From the NCBI GenBank assembly GCA_964304625.1, contig OZ199839.1, positions 449,970 to 513,969 on the forward strand: a DNA stretch of 64,000 nucleotides, read 5' to 3'. The translations under genes were made by a program, and so were the position numbers. The DNA is from Kudoa neothunni (Eukaryota; Animalia; Cnidaria). Positions 52,780 to 64,000 of this stretch are shown piece by piece. Position 1 is the stretch's first letter, and every line of letters begins with the position of its first letter. The notes below the pieces were generated by a model. The model was given only the letters and a program-made list of their open reading frames with translations, ran no database searches and was not told the origin of the DNA.

Positions 52780-54174
52780 CCCTCCATGTCCGAAGCGGGG
52801 TCCATTAGGGACCCCAATTTCAGTATTTTTCGCGTTACTCTAAAACTGAACTATTGACTTCTTAACTATTCCAGGAATGCCTCTATAAAGTTAAAAAGTA
52901 AGTATAGAAACTAAAATTTTTTTTCTAATTTAAAAAGTATGCCTTAGAGATTATATTTATTTCATAATCCGCATGTTTATTCCTATAAAATTTCGAGAAA
53001 AATGGTTCATTATATGCATATTAATCTATTTTACTTATTTATATATATAAATTTTGTTTAATTGATTTTTAAGCCATATATACATAAGGTTTATACATAC
53101 TTCGACTTAATAGGAGATTAGCGAGAATTCATCCGTACCGCGCTTCTTGGTTGGTAGGCTCTTGTTTCTCTAAAGAATCTCTGTTTACCAACAAAAAATT
53201 AATCCATTAGTCATTAATTGCAATATAACTATTAGAATCTTTGTGTATTATCTGGGGATTCCGTAATTTTTATTCGGCGAAATATAAATTAATAGAGTAT
53301 AAAGTATTTGGCGAATAATTGTTATATTGCACATTTAATAAAATAAACAGTAAGACCTGTCAATAATTTTTAAAAATAGTCAGAAATAATGGCTATTAAT
53401 ATTTGTATTGAGTATTTAACAGTAGTTAATGCACCGTGTGTTTATTGATTATTGATATCGACATGTATGTGCTACGAATTATTCGTATAGAAGCGTTAAA
53501 TGTATGTTCCAGCAGTTTTGCAGGTATGGATACCAAAATATGTAAACAACTTAGGTTTCCTTAAATTAAATTCTTTAAGCTAATCATATTAACTATTAAA
53601 TATGCAAATAAATAAATAAATAAAGTTCGTAAAAACGTAAGGGGATGTAGCATTTAAAAATGTAAATACATTAATAAGCAATGTACCTTTGTAATTTTTT
53701 ATTTTAATTATGAAGGAATTAAAATGATGCGAGTTTTTCAAACACCACTTTCTATGAAATCTCAGAGCAAACTGCACGCGCCGCTACATTTACTACTTCC
53801 GAAACGGTCCGATAATTTCTACAGAACGGCGCTTAGTTTGGCCTGTGTTTGATCAACACCTATTAATTTTTTATAGCACCTAGTCGAATAAATTAGAAAT
53901 TTATTTCTTTTAAACGTCTTCGAAGCCATTAATGCTAAAATGTATGCGCTGATTTCATCACATTGGTCGGACACAATAAGTTCATCTTGGTCTCATATCT
54001 GCATTTTAAGCAACCGGGGATAGCTAGATTTTATTTTTTATACTTATAAATGTCTATAAATAACATCTTGTTAGTTTCGTAATTATTGGTGGCGTTTAAG
54101 GCCGATTTAAAAGGGGGCCCCAAATGGACCCCATCGGCACACGCGTAATTTTTTCGTACGCAGTACGGGGAGGG
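52780..54174. mobile_element. non-autonomous piggyBac-like element
   Basis: TTAA|CCCTCC ... GGAGGG|TTAA termini, with subterminal palindromes GGGGTCC..GGACCCC at both ends. Confidence 0.8.
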
Positions 54175-54243
54175 TTAAGTTATTGTTAAATTAAAAATTT
54201 GTCAAATTTTTTTTAAATAATAAAATGACTTTATCCCTTAATA

Positions 54244-55286
54244 TAGTCGAACCCCGTTTAACCGAAAATGTTGGGACCTGATATTTCCCTTTTGGATACT
54301 GAAATTTCGGTTAAACCAAGTTCGATGAATACGCATGTGCGACAGTGTAAAATTGTAAGTTGGTTACATACTTTATTTTTAATTATTCAATGATCGTTTT
54401 ATATTTTTAAAGAAAACTCTGCTATATATAAGTTATACTTGTGAATACAATGTGAAAACATTAGTTAACGGCACAATAATTCTAGATCCAACGTAGTCTG
54501 CGCAGGCGTATTACAGATATGTGGACCCTAACGCCGCTGTGTCATATTACAATGATACATTCTAGATTCTAAAAAATAGACTATTATTATTGATTTTTTA
54601 TAATTTCTTCCCTATTTTGATATTGTGAGATGTATTAATAATGACGGTAAGAATAATAGAGTAACAATAAGGAGTATTTTCCCAGAATTATCCATAGCGA
54701 TATCTACAATTTACTCATTAATTAAAATATGTCATATTCCAACAATTTAACATTGATTAATGATAGTAATGATTTAAAAGTGGAGGTGTTGTGGGGAAAA
54801 ACTAATGTGTGAACATTGTTGAATTGAGTGAATTTCGTGGATAAATTGGTCTCATGAAGTCACTGTTAGTTTGTGATTAAACAAATCAACAAATCTCATT
54901 TTTATTTTTTATTACTCACGAAAAGATAACATATAAGGGAGTTTGTATTTACCCAACATTTATTCGTTCATCATGAACATGGTTGCATTTTGAACATAAA
55001 TTACTATATTACCTACGTTACGCTATTTCTATTAATCAAACATAACTTAAATTTAATAAATAATGAACATATGTATAAAGAAATAAGTGTAGGTGCCATT
55101 TTAACCAGGCACTAACCCAGACTTAAGGTATTTTTACCTGAAAATTACAGAAAAAAGTTATTTCAGATTGCGGTTGCTGGAATTTCGGTTAAACGAAATT
55201 TTTTTATTTAGAATCTACATCATTTTCAAATAAAGTTTAAAAAATCAGTCGGATAGCGCGATTTTCGGATAAACGGGGTTCGACTG
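54244..55286. mobile_element. pogo/Tigger-like non-autonomous element
   Basis: TIRs AGTCGAACCCCGTTTAACCGAAAAT / ATTTTCGGATAAACGGGGTTCGACTG with TA on both flanks; internal repeat AATTTCGGTTAAAC. Confidence 0.85.
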
Positions 55287-55825
55287 TATATGTTTGATTG
55301 CCTAGTATTTACAGTTGTTATGTCTTGTTTTAATTTCAGTCATTAAAATTTAATTTAATATATTATAATTTAATTATTACTCAAGAGTATTTTCTAATTA
55401 AAGATAAAGTTAATTAAAATATAATAATAATATGAATAGCTAACATTACCAATTGATGACATAATATTTTCTTGATTTAATTATTCATAAATGTTTTTGG
55501 TGGAATTTTTCTAGAATCACAAAAAACGAGGATTTAATATTGAGTAATAAATATGTTATAGGTCCCTGGTTAAAAGTTTAATCTTCTAGAATCTTTGAAT
55601 AGTATTATTTTTTTAACTTAAATACTTTAATAAACAAATAACTATACTTAACTGATAAGAATAGTTATATATATAACGTTTATAATTAAAAATATTAAAT
55701 TATGCTATAAACGCGGAATATTTGACCAATGTTTATTACTTTTAAATATACAATATTCAGATAATACGTATTAATCAGCCTTGATCATAATTGAACTTTG
55801 ACGTGCATTTAGCTTTACTATTGAT

Positions 55826-58757
55826 ATGGGTGCTTTGATGTTAGTAATTCTTCTTGAAATTTACTTTGGTATATATTTTTTATATGTTTATATTGGAATA
55901 ATTATGTCAAAACATAGTGCTTACCAAACAGTCATCACTTGTGCCCAACTGTACTCATTGTTTAATTAATGGAAAAACATGGTGCCTCGATGGAGTGGCT
56001 AGTTTTGGTAGTATATTCTGTTAGAATAACTTTTAGGTAGCGCCTATGGGAAGTGACATTCGATGCACTCCTAAAACAGATGCTAATTCACATTGTAGCA
56101 ACTCCATAAAGTAGCTCTATAATAGTGAAATAATAAATGCATGTTATTTCTCAAGTTCGCAAATTCCGACGAATAAGGACCTAAACAATGCAGTTAATGG
56201 CAGAATCGATTCTAGCTACACCGAAATATTTAATCTAGGACCTGGAATGGGTATAATATTTTTATTGTACCCTTAATTAAATCTTTTTAGTCAAAAACCT
56301 TACGCTCGATATTCCTATAATATCATCAACGAAAGAGCTATTTATTATAATTGACGTTAATTCGTTTAGTTCAAAATCCATTGAGGCCATTTCAAGATAT
56401 TTAGAGACCTACTGTATTATAAATTATTTTCACTTAAAATGCAAATTAAATAACAAGTTAAGGGTGATTTCAGAAGAGAATTTAAAAGGGTAGAAATCGG
56501 TGTGATACTCACCGAAACAAAGTCTTAATAACTAAAATAATTTTCCTGATGATTCTCTGTTAGACAGGACACTCTAACTCCAATTTTTTCTCTTCTTGGA
56601 TACACCAATAGTGTATGGTTATCATTTTCGTTGGTAGTGAAACTGATATTTTTCTAGAAAAAATTCTATTTCCAAGTGGTCAGAAAAAAGGATCGACTAA
56701 TCCACGACGAAATTTTCAAATCAGTCATGTTGACTATGATTTGTGATCAAGTATCAATTGTGATTAAGCGATTTTGATTTATTACGTTGAAAGAACCCTT
56801 TATTACGACACCAAATGAATATCTCCAAACAAATTCTACTCATAACCGACCAAATGCATCATTTACAAAATGGGCCGGTGGATATAAAAAATATTATCGC
56901 TTTATTTTATATTTGATTTAGTTTTCGTTACTAACCCAAAACACATCAATGTCCTGCTCTTTCTCAAATGGAATAAACTACAATAATTATGTATAACTAA
57001 TAGCTGTAATAATATTTATTTTTTTAAGAATTACATGGATATAAAAACATTCGGGAATGTATTGAGAGAAAATCACGCTCAACTTCGTATTGCTACAAGC
57101 CATCTTGAAGTTTATATACATTATTTGGTATTCTACGTGTTTCCTCATGAAATATATGATTAAGACTTTAGAATATGCTTCGGAGAAGCGGGTATACGAT
57201 CCCATTGCTACTCATTCTTTTTCACAACGACCGCAACTTTTTGGGAGTGTTACACGATTATAAGACGGTAATGATAGTTAATAAAATCAAAAATGTTATC
57301 ATTTATAGAAATTCGTACATAACTACCTTATAAGTTATCCATTAAGTGATCAATTTATTGATTTTAATGTTGGAATGACTGATTGCAAGTATTTATAACC
57401 AAGTCTCTATAAAATGTAATACTGTTATAGATCTGAAGGTGATTATTATTACTGCGACTCTCGAACTGCTCACATTCTCAATCTCTCGATAAAAGTGAAA
57501 AAATGCTTCCCCAATCAAAGTCTAAGAAGAATGTAGGCGACTATTCTGAAATCAATTATATTGATATTTTAGATACAACATTTCTCTCTATAGCTTTAAA
57601 AATTTTCAAATAGCTATCTCTATGGGAGTGTGTCCTTGTGAGTGCGAAGATCCACTTCATTATTCCTACGTAAGTGAATTATCACTTATAGTTTTTTCCA
57701 CAAACAAATTTTATATAATTTTATTCAACTACTATTCTAAACTCTCAAAGTTTTATTAAAAATAGATTGTGCTATGAAATCTTTATAGGGTAGTGACCGT
57801 GACATTTGCAGTTTCAAAGGCGACCTGGTTTGCGGAAATTGCAGATGTGATATTGGATTGTATGAAAAATTATTTCTAACACTATAACCATAATGCTTTT
57901 AGTACCTCGGAGAACTGTTCGTCCATGGATTCTTCCTTATTCTTCAAATCCGGAAGTCTAAAAGTAGTTCCTTCTGAAGGTGAAAACTTCTGCTGTAAGC
58001 CCAACAAATATGGATGCTGTTTATCCGAACTTTGCAAAAATGAACGTTGCGGCTTTAACGATTGTCATACTAATAAAATTTTGAATGAAACATTGCGAAT
58101 ACACCACAGGGAATGTGAAAAATCCAATGATATAATTTTAATTGATTCCAACGAAGTACGATAAAACCAGTTGATATATTTTATGAATCTCTTCATTATT
58201 ATGATAAAATATAATAGAATATCGCTGAAGAATGTGAATTTGGATTTCTCGGCAAACAATGCCAACAAACAGTATTTTTTAGTAAATATGTTACAGTCAA
58301 GCTCAATTTATGTAGAGTCGTCGTCTTGGATGCGACGTGTTTCTTTCGTGTGTCTCAAAACATCTAAAATTCGAAAGTAACACAACCAATGGTCTGTCAA
58401 ATGACACGATTTGCAAGCATGTGTCTTTTGACCTCCCAATGAATGGTTCTATAAATTTGATAATTATGCACAATTGCGTCTCGGTTTTTCCACCTAGGAC
58501 TATCGCCAGGTATACCATCTACACCGACCGAAAACAGTTTTTCATTTATGAGCCTAAACTTAAAAAAATTGGTAATATTTTTTCACAGGTATCGTCGCTA
58601 ATCAATGTAAATAGTGTTTACAAAACAACTTATAATGGTTCTTTTAACCCTGTCAGCACCCATTATAATGACGATTTTTATCATTGCAGGAGTGTACATT
58701 CAGAAAAAATCCCACAACGCACATTCAGACTACAGAATTTTTCAAGGTAATACGTGA
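55826..58757 (+). CDS. highly divergent integrin beta-like subunit, 20 exons
   Basis: 19 GT-AG introns splice in frame. Domains in order: signal peptide; PSI (NCTHCLINGKTWCLD..RC); betaA-like (ELFIIIDVNSFS, FKSVMLTMICD, KQILLITDQMHH, NYMDIKTFGNVLRENH); hybrid (IKVKKCFP); I-EGF (CPCECED..ICSFKGDLVCGNCRCDIGFTSENC); beta-tail; TM LIMVLLTLSAPIIMTIFIIAGVYI; short tail QKKSHNAHSDYRIFQGNT*. Confidence 0.82.
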
Positions 58758-59522
58758 AGGCATCATTCGATTTTCTGCCCAACTAATCTACTATTCTTAA
58801 TATTATTTCTTTGATATTTTCAAATTGGAATTTATGTAGCAAACTAATTACTAAGAGAGATTTGTTTTAATCAAATTTGTAATAAAATATCAAAAAAGAT
58901 TATAAATTATTTTTTTCCCGTTACCATTGGTAACCGATTTTTCATAATCTTCTTGGGAGAAAGAAAAAAATGCGAACAAAATAACGAACATAAAAATTTT
59001 TTGTTACATCTACCAATGAACTATTATTGTTATAAGAATTATCTTTATTTAAGACAATTGGAGGTATTTTTCAAAATTTTTACGTAAAACGTATTATAAT
59101 ACTAAGAGACAATTTTTGGAAAACAATATTTTAAGTAGCCATCTTATCCCTTCCATTAAAAGAATGTTTACAGTATTACAAATTTTTTTGGGTGGACAGA
59201 ACAACTTCAATTGAAATAAACTACTAGAGTTTCAGATACCGTTTTTAATGGGGAGTGGCTATTGACACGAATCATAATATATGGGTATTATAGTTTTGAC
59301 TGTATTTAATTATTTTTTTGCCCATTGCATTGCTCATAGGCCCAAAATCAATTAAATATAACAGATTCTAAAAAATTAACTTTTTATGTTAACTATAAAT
59401 AGGAGTTATTGGGGTTAAAAGCAGACATTGTGTAAGCGTAGATATCATTTTGGATTAAAAATTTCCTTGTCAATAGTCAATGCCATTTTAGCAAGCTTAT
59501 AATAAATTTTTTGCTTTTTTAA

Positions 59523-60416
59523 CCCTCCAAGTAAAATGGGGTAGATATCTACCCCAGAGTTTTTTAACATAAACTATTTAAAATAAAAAGTTATTTAATT
59601 CTGTACAGTATTAGTCAATTCTATTGATTAGATTTTGGGTAAGTCAAGAAACACTATTATTAATCCCCGTGTGCGTATGCTCTCCTCTCGTTTTGTGTGC
59701 AGTGAAAGTTGCCCAGATTCCACTCATCAGACACTTGTTACAGCCTATTAACGAAGAATCTTCAGATAGATGCGATTTTGATATAAATCGTCCAGTCGAT
59801 TGTCTTATTGACAAGAAAAGAACATTATTGGAGACTGAGACTCCACTATCTATTCAAACACCAACTAAAAACACCTCAAATAATCGTTTCGGTGTTTCCC
59901 ATTTCATAAAACAGAATATTAACTCTATGGTGGATGCATTTCGGACATTCTTCAGTCAACAAGTGTACAACATAAAAACTGCGTAAACATGGCATTTGCT
60001 TAGCGTTTGTTGTAAACAACATTTTTGATAGGTTTGTTGGACATTTTTTCAAGGAATAACACCATTTTCTTGTTATGTTTGCTTCTTTTTGATATAAATA
60101 TCACATTTATTGATGCGCAATAAACCTTTAAAAATTCCTTCATATTAAAAGAACATTTCTAAATAAAAATGAGCGATTTCCTGCCGATAAAGCCAGAGCG
60201 TACGGCGAAAAACGCAAAGTATTTAGTGGGGCGCGTGCGCGATGTTGGTTTAATAATAATGTTTCTTGATTTACGCAAAATCTAATAGATAGAATTTATT
60301 AGAACTATTTGAGATTATCTAAATTTATATTTTAAATTGTTTTAATTAAAAAATCCGGGCTAGATTTCTACCCCATTTTTACTTGGAAGATGTAACTTTT
60401 CGTGTGACTCAGCGGG
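59523..60416 (+). mobile_element. internally deleted piggyBac-like element
   Basis: TTAA|CCC ... GGG|TTAA. Repeated TCCAAGTAAAATGGGGTAGA(T/A)ATCTA as an inverted subterminal motif. The residual ORF 59624-59986 has a PGBD-like DAFRTFF segment. Confidence 0.75.
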
Positions 60417-60738
60417 TTAATAAAATTGATTTTAAAAAATTAATAGTTATTAGATGTATAATCTTTAAACATATTCTCAATATAAAGATTATATAGCTAG
60501 AAATATTTTTCATTCATATAATAATATATAATATATGACGTCAGAATCTTTGAATTTTACGTTACTCACTTAATTATATAATTATTTAAATTAATTAATT
60601 ATATTTGCAATAAAATTGTTTTAGAATTTTAAATAAAAAAATGATGTCGAATTTTTTACGCTTTTCATTATCGCATTGCTAAATAGTACTCACTGAAATT
60701 GAAGCCACAATATTTACTTCTGTTTTGTAGAAAAAATA

Positions 60739-61434
60739 TCTACTATATAAAGCAAACCGGTAATCATGTGTGTGTGTGTGTGTGTCAGTGTGTCATCGTG
60801 TACGCATTTTTTATTCTTTATAGAGAGACATATCACTCCATCTGAGCACATATACGGAAAGATTAAATTTTATTTTAACACAGAAAAATACGTAAAAAAT
60901 TATAAAAGGTTTGTATCCTACAAAATGACTAAAAACACTTTCACGCGGTATGATTAGTTTGATTTGAGGATTTATGCAAACATATAGACCATTTCGTTAA
61001 AGTTTTAAAAGTTAATTATAAACGTACCATAGTGTTTATTCTACTTTATAATTATTGAAAAGCAATTTAGTAATTTAATTAACTCAAATATGGAAGGTAA
61101 TATTAGGTTATGTAATCAAGCATTAATATGAAATTCATTTGTTGATGTTTGACAAGATCAGTCCTTTTCATATCGTACGATTTAGAGATTACTGCAACCA
61201 ACAAGGAGAAAAATCGATATTTTAGGAGCTCCAAATAGGAAATTATAAACGCTCAGTAGTGTTTATTCGTTTTTAAAAATATTAAATAAGGTCCATGCGT
61301 CCAATTAGTTAAATAAATTATCCGTTAATTGGGTAATCTTTGTACTATTTATTTAAATACTCTTAATTTACTTTGAACTTCATATGACTTTGACCGGGTA
61401 AGGAAGTCTAAGCAAAGCGGGACTTTTGCGCTAG
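60739..61434 (+). mobile_element. non-autonomous Helitron-like element
   Basis: Inserted between A and T. 5' TCTACTATATAAAG followed by a (GT)n tract; 3' GC-rich GCAAAGCGGGACTTTTGC hairpin-like segment followed by CTAG; no TSD. Confidence 0.7.
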
Positions 61435-61917
61435 TTTTTTATATTTTGATATCAATAACAGATTTCGCGCCAATAAATCAATTGTTTATAAGCAAATAGA
61501 TAGCCTATTATTTCAACCTTAATCTTAACCATTTATTTTCACAATAACATTGCGGTACCTTTTAATTCGTGGAAGTTGAGACGGTCAGTCTGCCTCAATC
61601 AATGCTCGATGCATATCAACAAGTAACATTAGCTTTTATCTCATCTTTCTGTGTAGTACGGAAATATAAACTACTAAAAATCTCGAGGTGTCGTGTCGAT
61701 AATCACCCTGAATCCTACTCCACTAATGGTATTAACTCCACGAGTACTTGAAACAATATTTATGATACCCACCTGTTAGATCATCAACAATTGATTTTTC
61801 TAATCTGCTCATCCTCCATTCGGTGAATTATGGCCGCTAATATATCACATAATAATGAACGGATAATCGAACCATAACATCAATTGCTTAGTAAATATAA
61901 AGAACGCAGATGCATCA

Positions 61918-61990
61918 CCATACGGAGTCGAGACTTGAACTCGCAACCTCCGAAAGTCACAATCCAATGCTCAAAGCCTCCGTCCTCCTT
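61918..61990 (-). other. tRNA-like segment (SINE head or tRNA pseudogene)
   Basis: Minus strand GAGCATTGGATTGTGAC..GAGGTTGCGAGTTCAAGTCTCG has a T-arm/B-box (CGAG TTCAAGT CTCG stem-loop) but no complete cloverleaf. Confidence 0.4.
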
Positions 61991-62147
61991 TCTTACTTCG
62001 GATTAAATTTCTCGAATTTTCGAATTCAAAGTTACTGAAGAAATTATTGATTCAACTAAGGCTGCATAACAAGAATTTATTACACATCCACCAAAAAATT
62101 AGAGCAGACAATTATCCTTCTAACTAGGTTCACGGTGGTGTAAAATA

Positions 62148-62544
62148 CAGTGCCACCTCGGAGTTCGACCAAAAATTGTGAGTCAGAAACACTTTTAAAC
62201 TCAAACACATATAGAAAGGGTATTCAGAACAAATCCAGTTGGAGCAAAAAATAGATTAGAAAAGTTATTCTAGAAGAAGATTCACTAAATCAAATTGTGT
62301 AAACCTCATCGAAATCGACCCCTTTATAATTTATCATATGACAACCAAAAAAATGTAATTTATATTTATTTCTTATAAACACAAGGTATGCATATTTTTC
62401 ATAAATAAGAATAGAAATACTCATTTATTCGACACTCAAAACGGATTAGACTAATTTTCATTATTTTGCGCGGGACAAAATTATTCCAAGTTCGAACCCA
62501 CTTCTAGAACGGATTATGGTCGAATATCCGATTTGGGTTGACAG
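62148..62544. mobile_element. pogo/Tigger-like MITE, uninterrupted relative of 23361-24439
   Basis: TA|CAGTGCCACCTCGGAGTTCGACCAAAAATT..GAGTCAGAAACAC and CACTTCTAGAACGGATTATGGT are shared with the intronic copy. Confidence 0.75.
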
Positions 62545-62862
62545 TACTGATTAAGATACTTTTATATTTGACTCACTGACAGAATAAGGCGCTCCTATTA
62601 TTAAGATTATTATTAATTTACCTAAAAAATTTCAAAAGCTTCCTAGTCTACCTACTCTATTAACTAACAAGATTCGTCGAAATATCAATAGTTGCTTGAC
62701 CGCAAATATTGAATTTCAATGAAAAAGAGTCATAAGGGACATTTTTTTTGAGTAAAACGAAATTTTTAACAACCTCAAGGCTACTCACGAAGAAAAAAGT
62801 TCGAATTAACAAAACACATAAATCAACCGATAATAAGACTATCTAACAAATGCCAAAAATAT

Positions 62863-64000
62863 TTAACAATCTAACTCAATTTCGGTAGTGTTCTCAATGC
62901 TTTCAGCTTTGGCCCTTCTTTTTTGTCTTTTAGCTTCTCTTTCACTATTGTAGATGGATACTTTCTCAACAGCCTCTTTGATCACATCAATGTTAGATTT
63001 TGGTTTGGGTAGGTTGGAGCCGGATTTGTTGCAATTTTGCATATATTTGAGGCGTTCTTCGATTTGTTCATTAAGACATTTACCAACCACATCATTAGGT
63101 TTATCTAAAGGAGAATAGAACCAACAATCTACGACTCAAAAATGGAACCTTGGAAGAAGTCCATTCTCGAAGCAATCGAACATTTGTGAGCAAGTAATCG
63201 TGATACACGTCCTTTACAATTGAGGGGTGCACGACTAATGAACGAGCTGTGATAGATAAGGCCGTATTTTGGCGTTCTTCCTCTAGTTTTGATAGCTCTA
63301 AACAGTGCTTTTTCAGCACCTAATATCTGCAAAGTGGAAGCGGGGCATTTGGCCAAATTTACAAGACTGCCAGCTTGTGAGATCAGCTTGGCGCCAACAT
63401 TTTCCCCAACCACGGCGGTAAGATTAGGAGCTATTCTTTTCATCTTTTTCGATAGATATTTCGATAAACTTTGTCTGTATTCATTAAGCGATTCCACTCG
63501 ATGAGCGAAACTTTTGATATTCATCAGGTCAAGTTCGTTAATATCGGTACCCATCGAAATTTTGATGGTATTGATAATTTCATTGAGTTTATCCTCATCA
63601 TCTTCTAGAATATCGTTCATTTCTTCGAGGTGAGTTTCGACATCAAAACTATCACGATCTCCAATCAACAGAACCAATTTGGTAAATTTGGAGTTATCGT
63701 TGACTATTTTGTACAATTCTGGGAAATGATACGAGTACCATTCTCTATAAATGAAGTTAGACACTAAATCAGATTAGCGTATTGTTTTGGATTGCCTTAT
63801 TCTCATGGAAAATGTGTTGATATCTTTGTCCAATTGTTCCAATAAGGCGATAGACTGAATAATCATATTGTCAGCCTTGTTGACGTTGAATTTGACTTTG
63901 GATCTCGAAAACGCATGTCCCAATCCCAATTGGGCCGCATCTGAGACTTTTCCATTAACACCATCAACCATCTTCTCAAAGTGAAGACGAATTCCACGAG
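62863..64000 (-). CDS. NOP56: nucleolar protein 56 (box C/D snoRNP), 3' part; gene runs off the window end
   Basis: [120 protein letters not shown]. Confidence 0.95.

Noticed and set aside
58337-58750. ORF-track reading of the integrin 3' end with no TM helix
   Set aside because: A ~45-nt intron starting at ~58572 shifts the frame into a clear hydrophobic helix.
59624-59986. 120-aa ORF as the last (TM/cytoplasmic) exon of the integrin gene
   Set aside because: It lies inside a TTAA-flanked piggyBac-like element, and a better TM plus tail exon exists at ~58616-58757.

Overview
AT-rich eukaryotic (metazoan) genomic DNA; no prokaryotic genes or CRISPR arrays are seen. Genes are split by many ~35-55 nt introns and separated by decayed DNA transposons. 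Divergent animal proteins, tiny introns and the TE load suggest a reduced parasitic animal such as a myxozoan cnidarian (inference, not tested). By manual splicing, the minus strand carries a miniature RPAP1, SPRTN, an MFS transporter, DNM1L/DRP1, an orphan low-complexity gene, LONP1, SDHAF4, a possible second orphan, ARPC2 and the 3' part of NOP56. The plus strand carries a mucin-stalk type I membrane protein and an intact 20-exon integrin-beta-like gene. Mobile DNA includes piggyBac remnants, hAT MITEs with 8-bp TSDs (several nested), Tc1/pogo-type elements, non-autonomous Helitrons and a tRNA-like (SINE-like) head. The most notable observations are the integrin beta lacking MIDAS, specificity loop and NPxY motifs, the RPAP1 cut to about 160 aa, very degenerate 5' splice sites, and co-oriented gene pairs only ~110-120 bp apart. 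All protein assignments come from recalled family motifs, not database searches.
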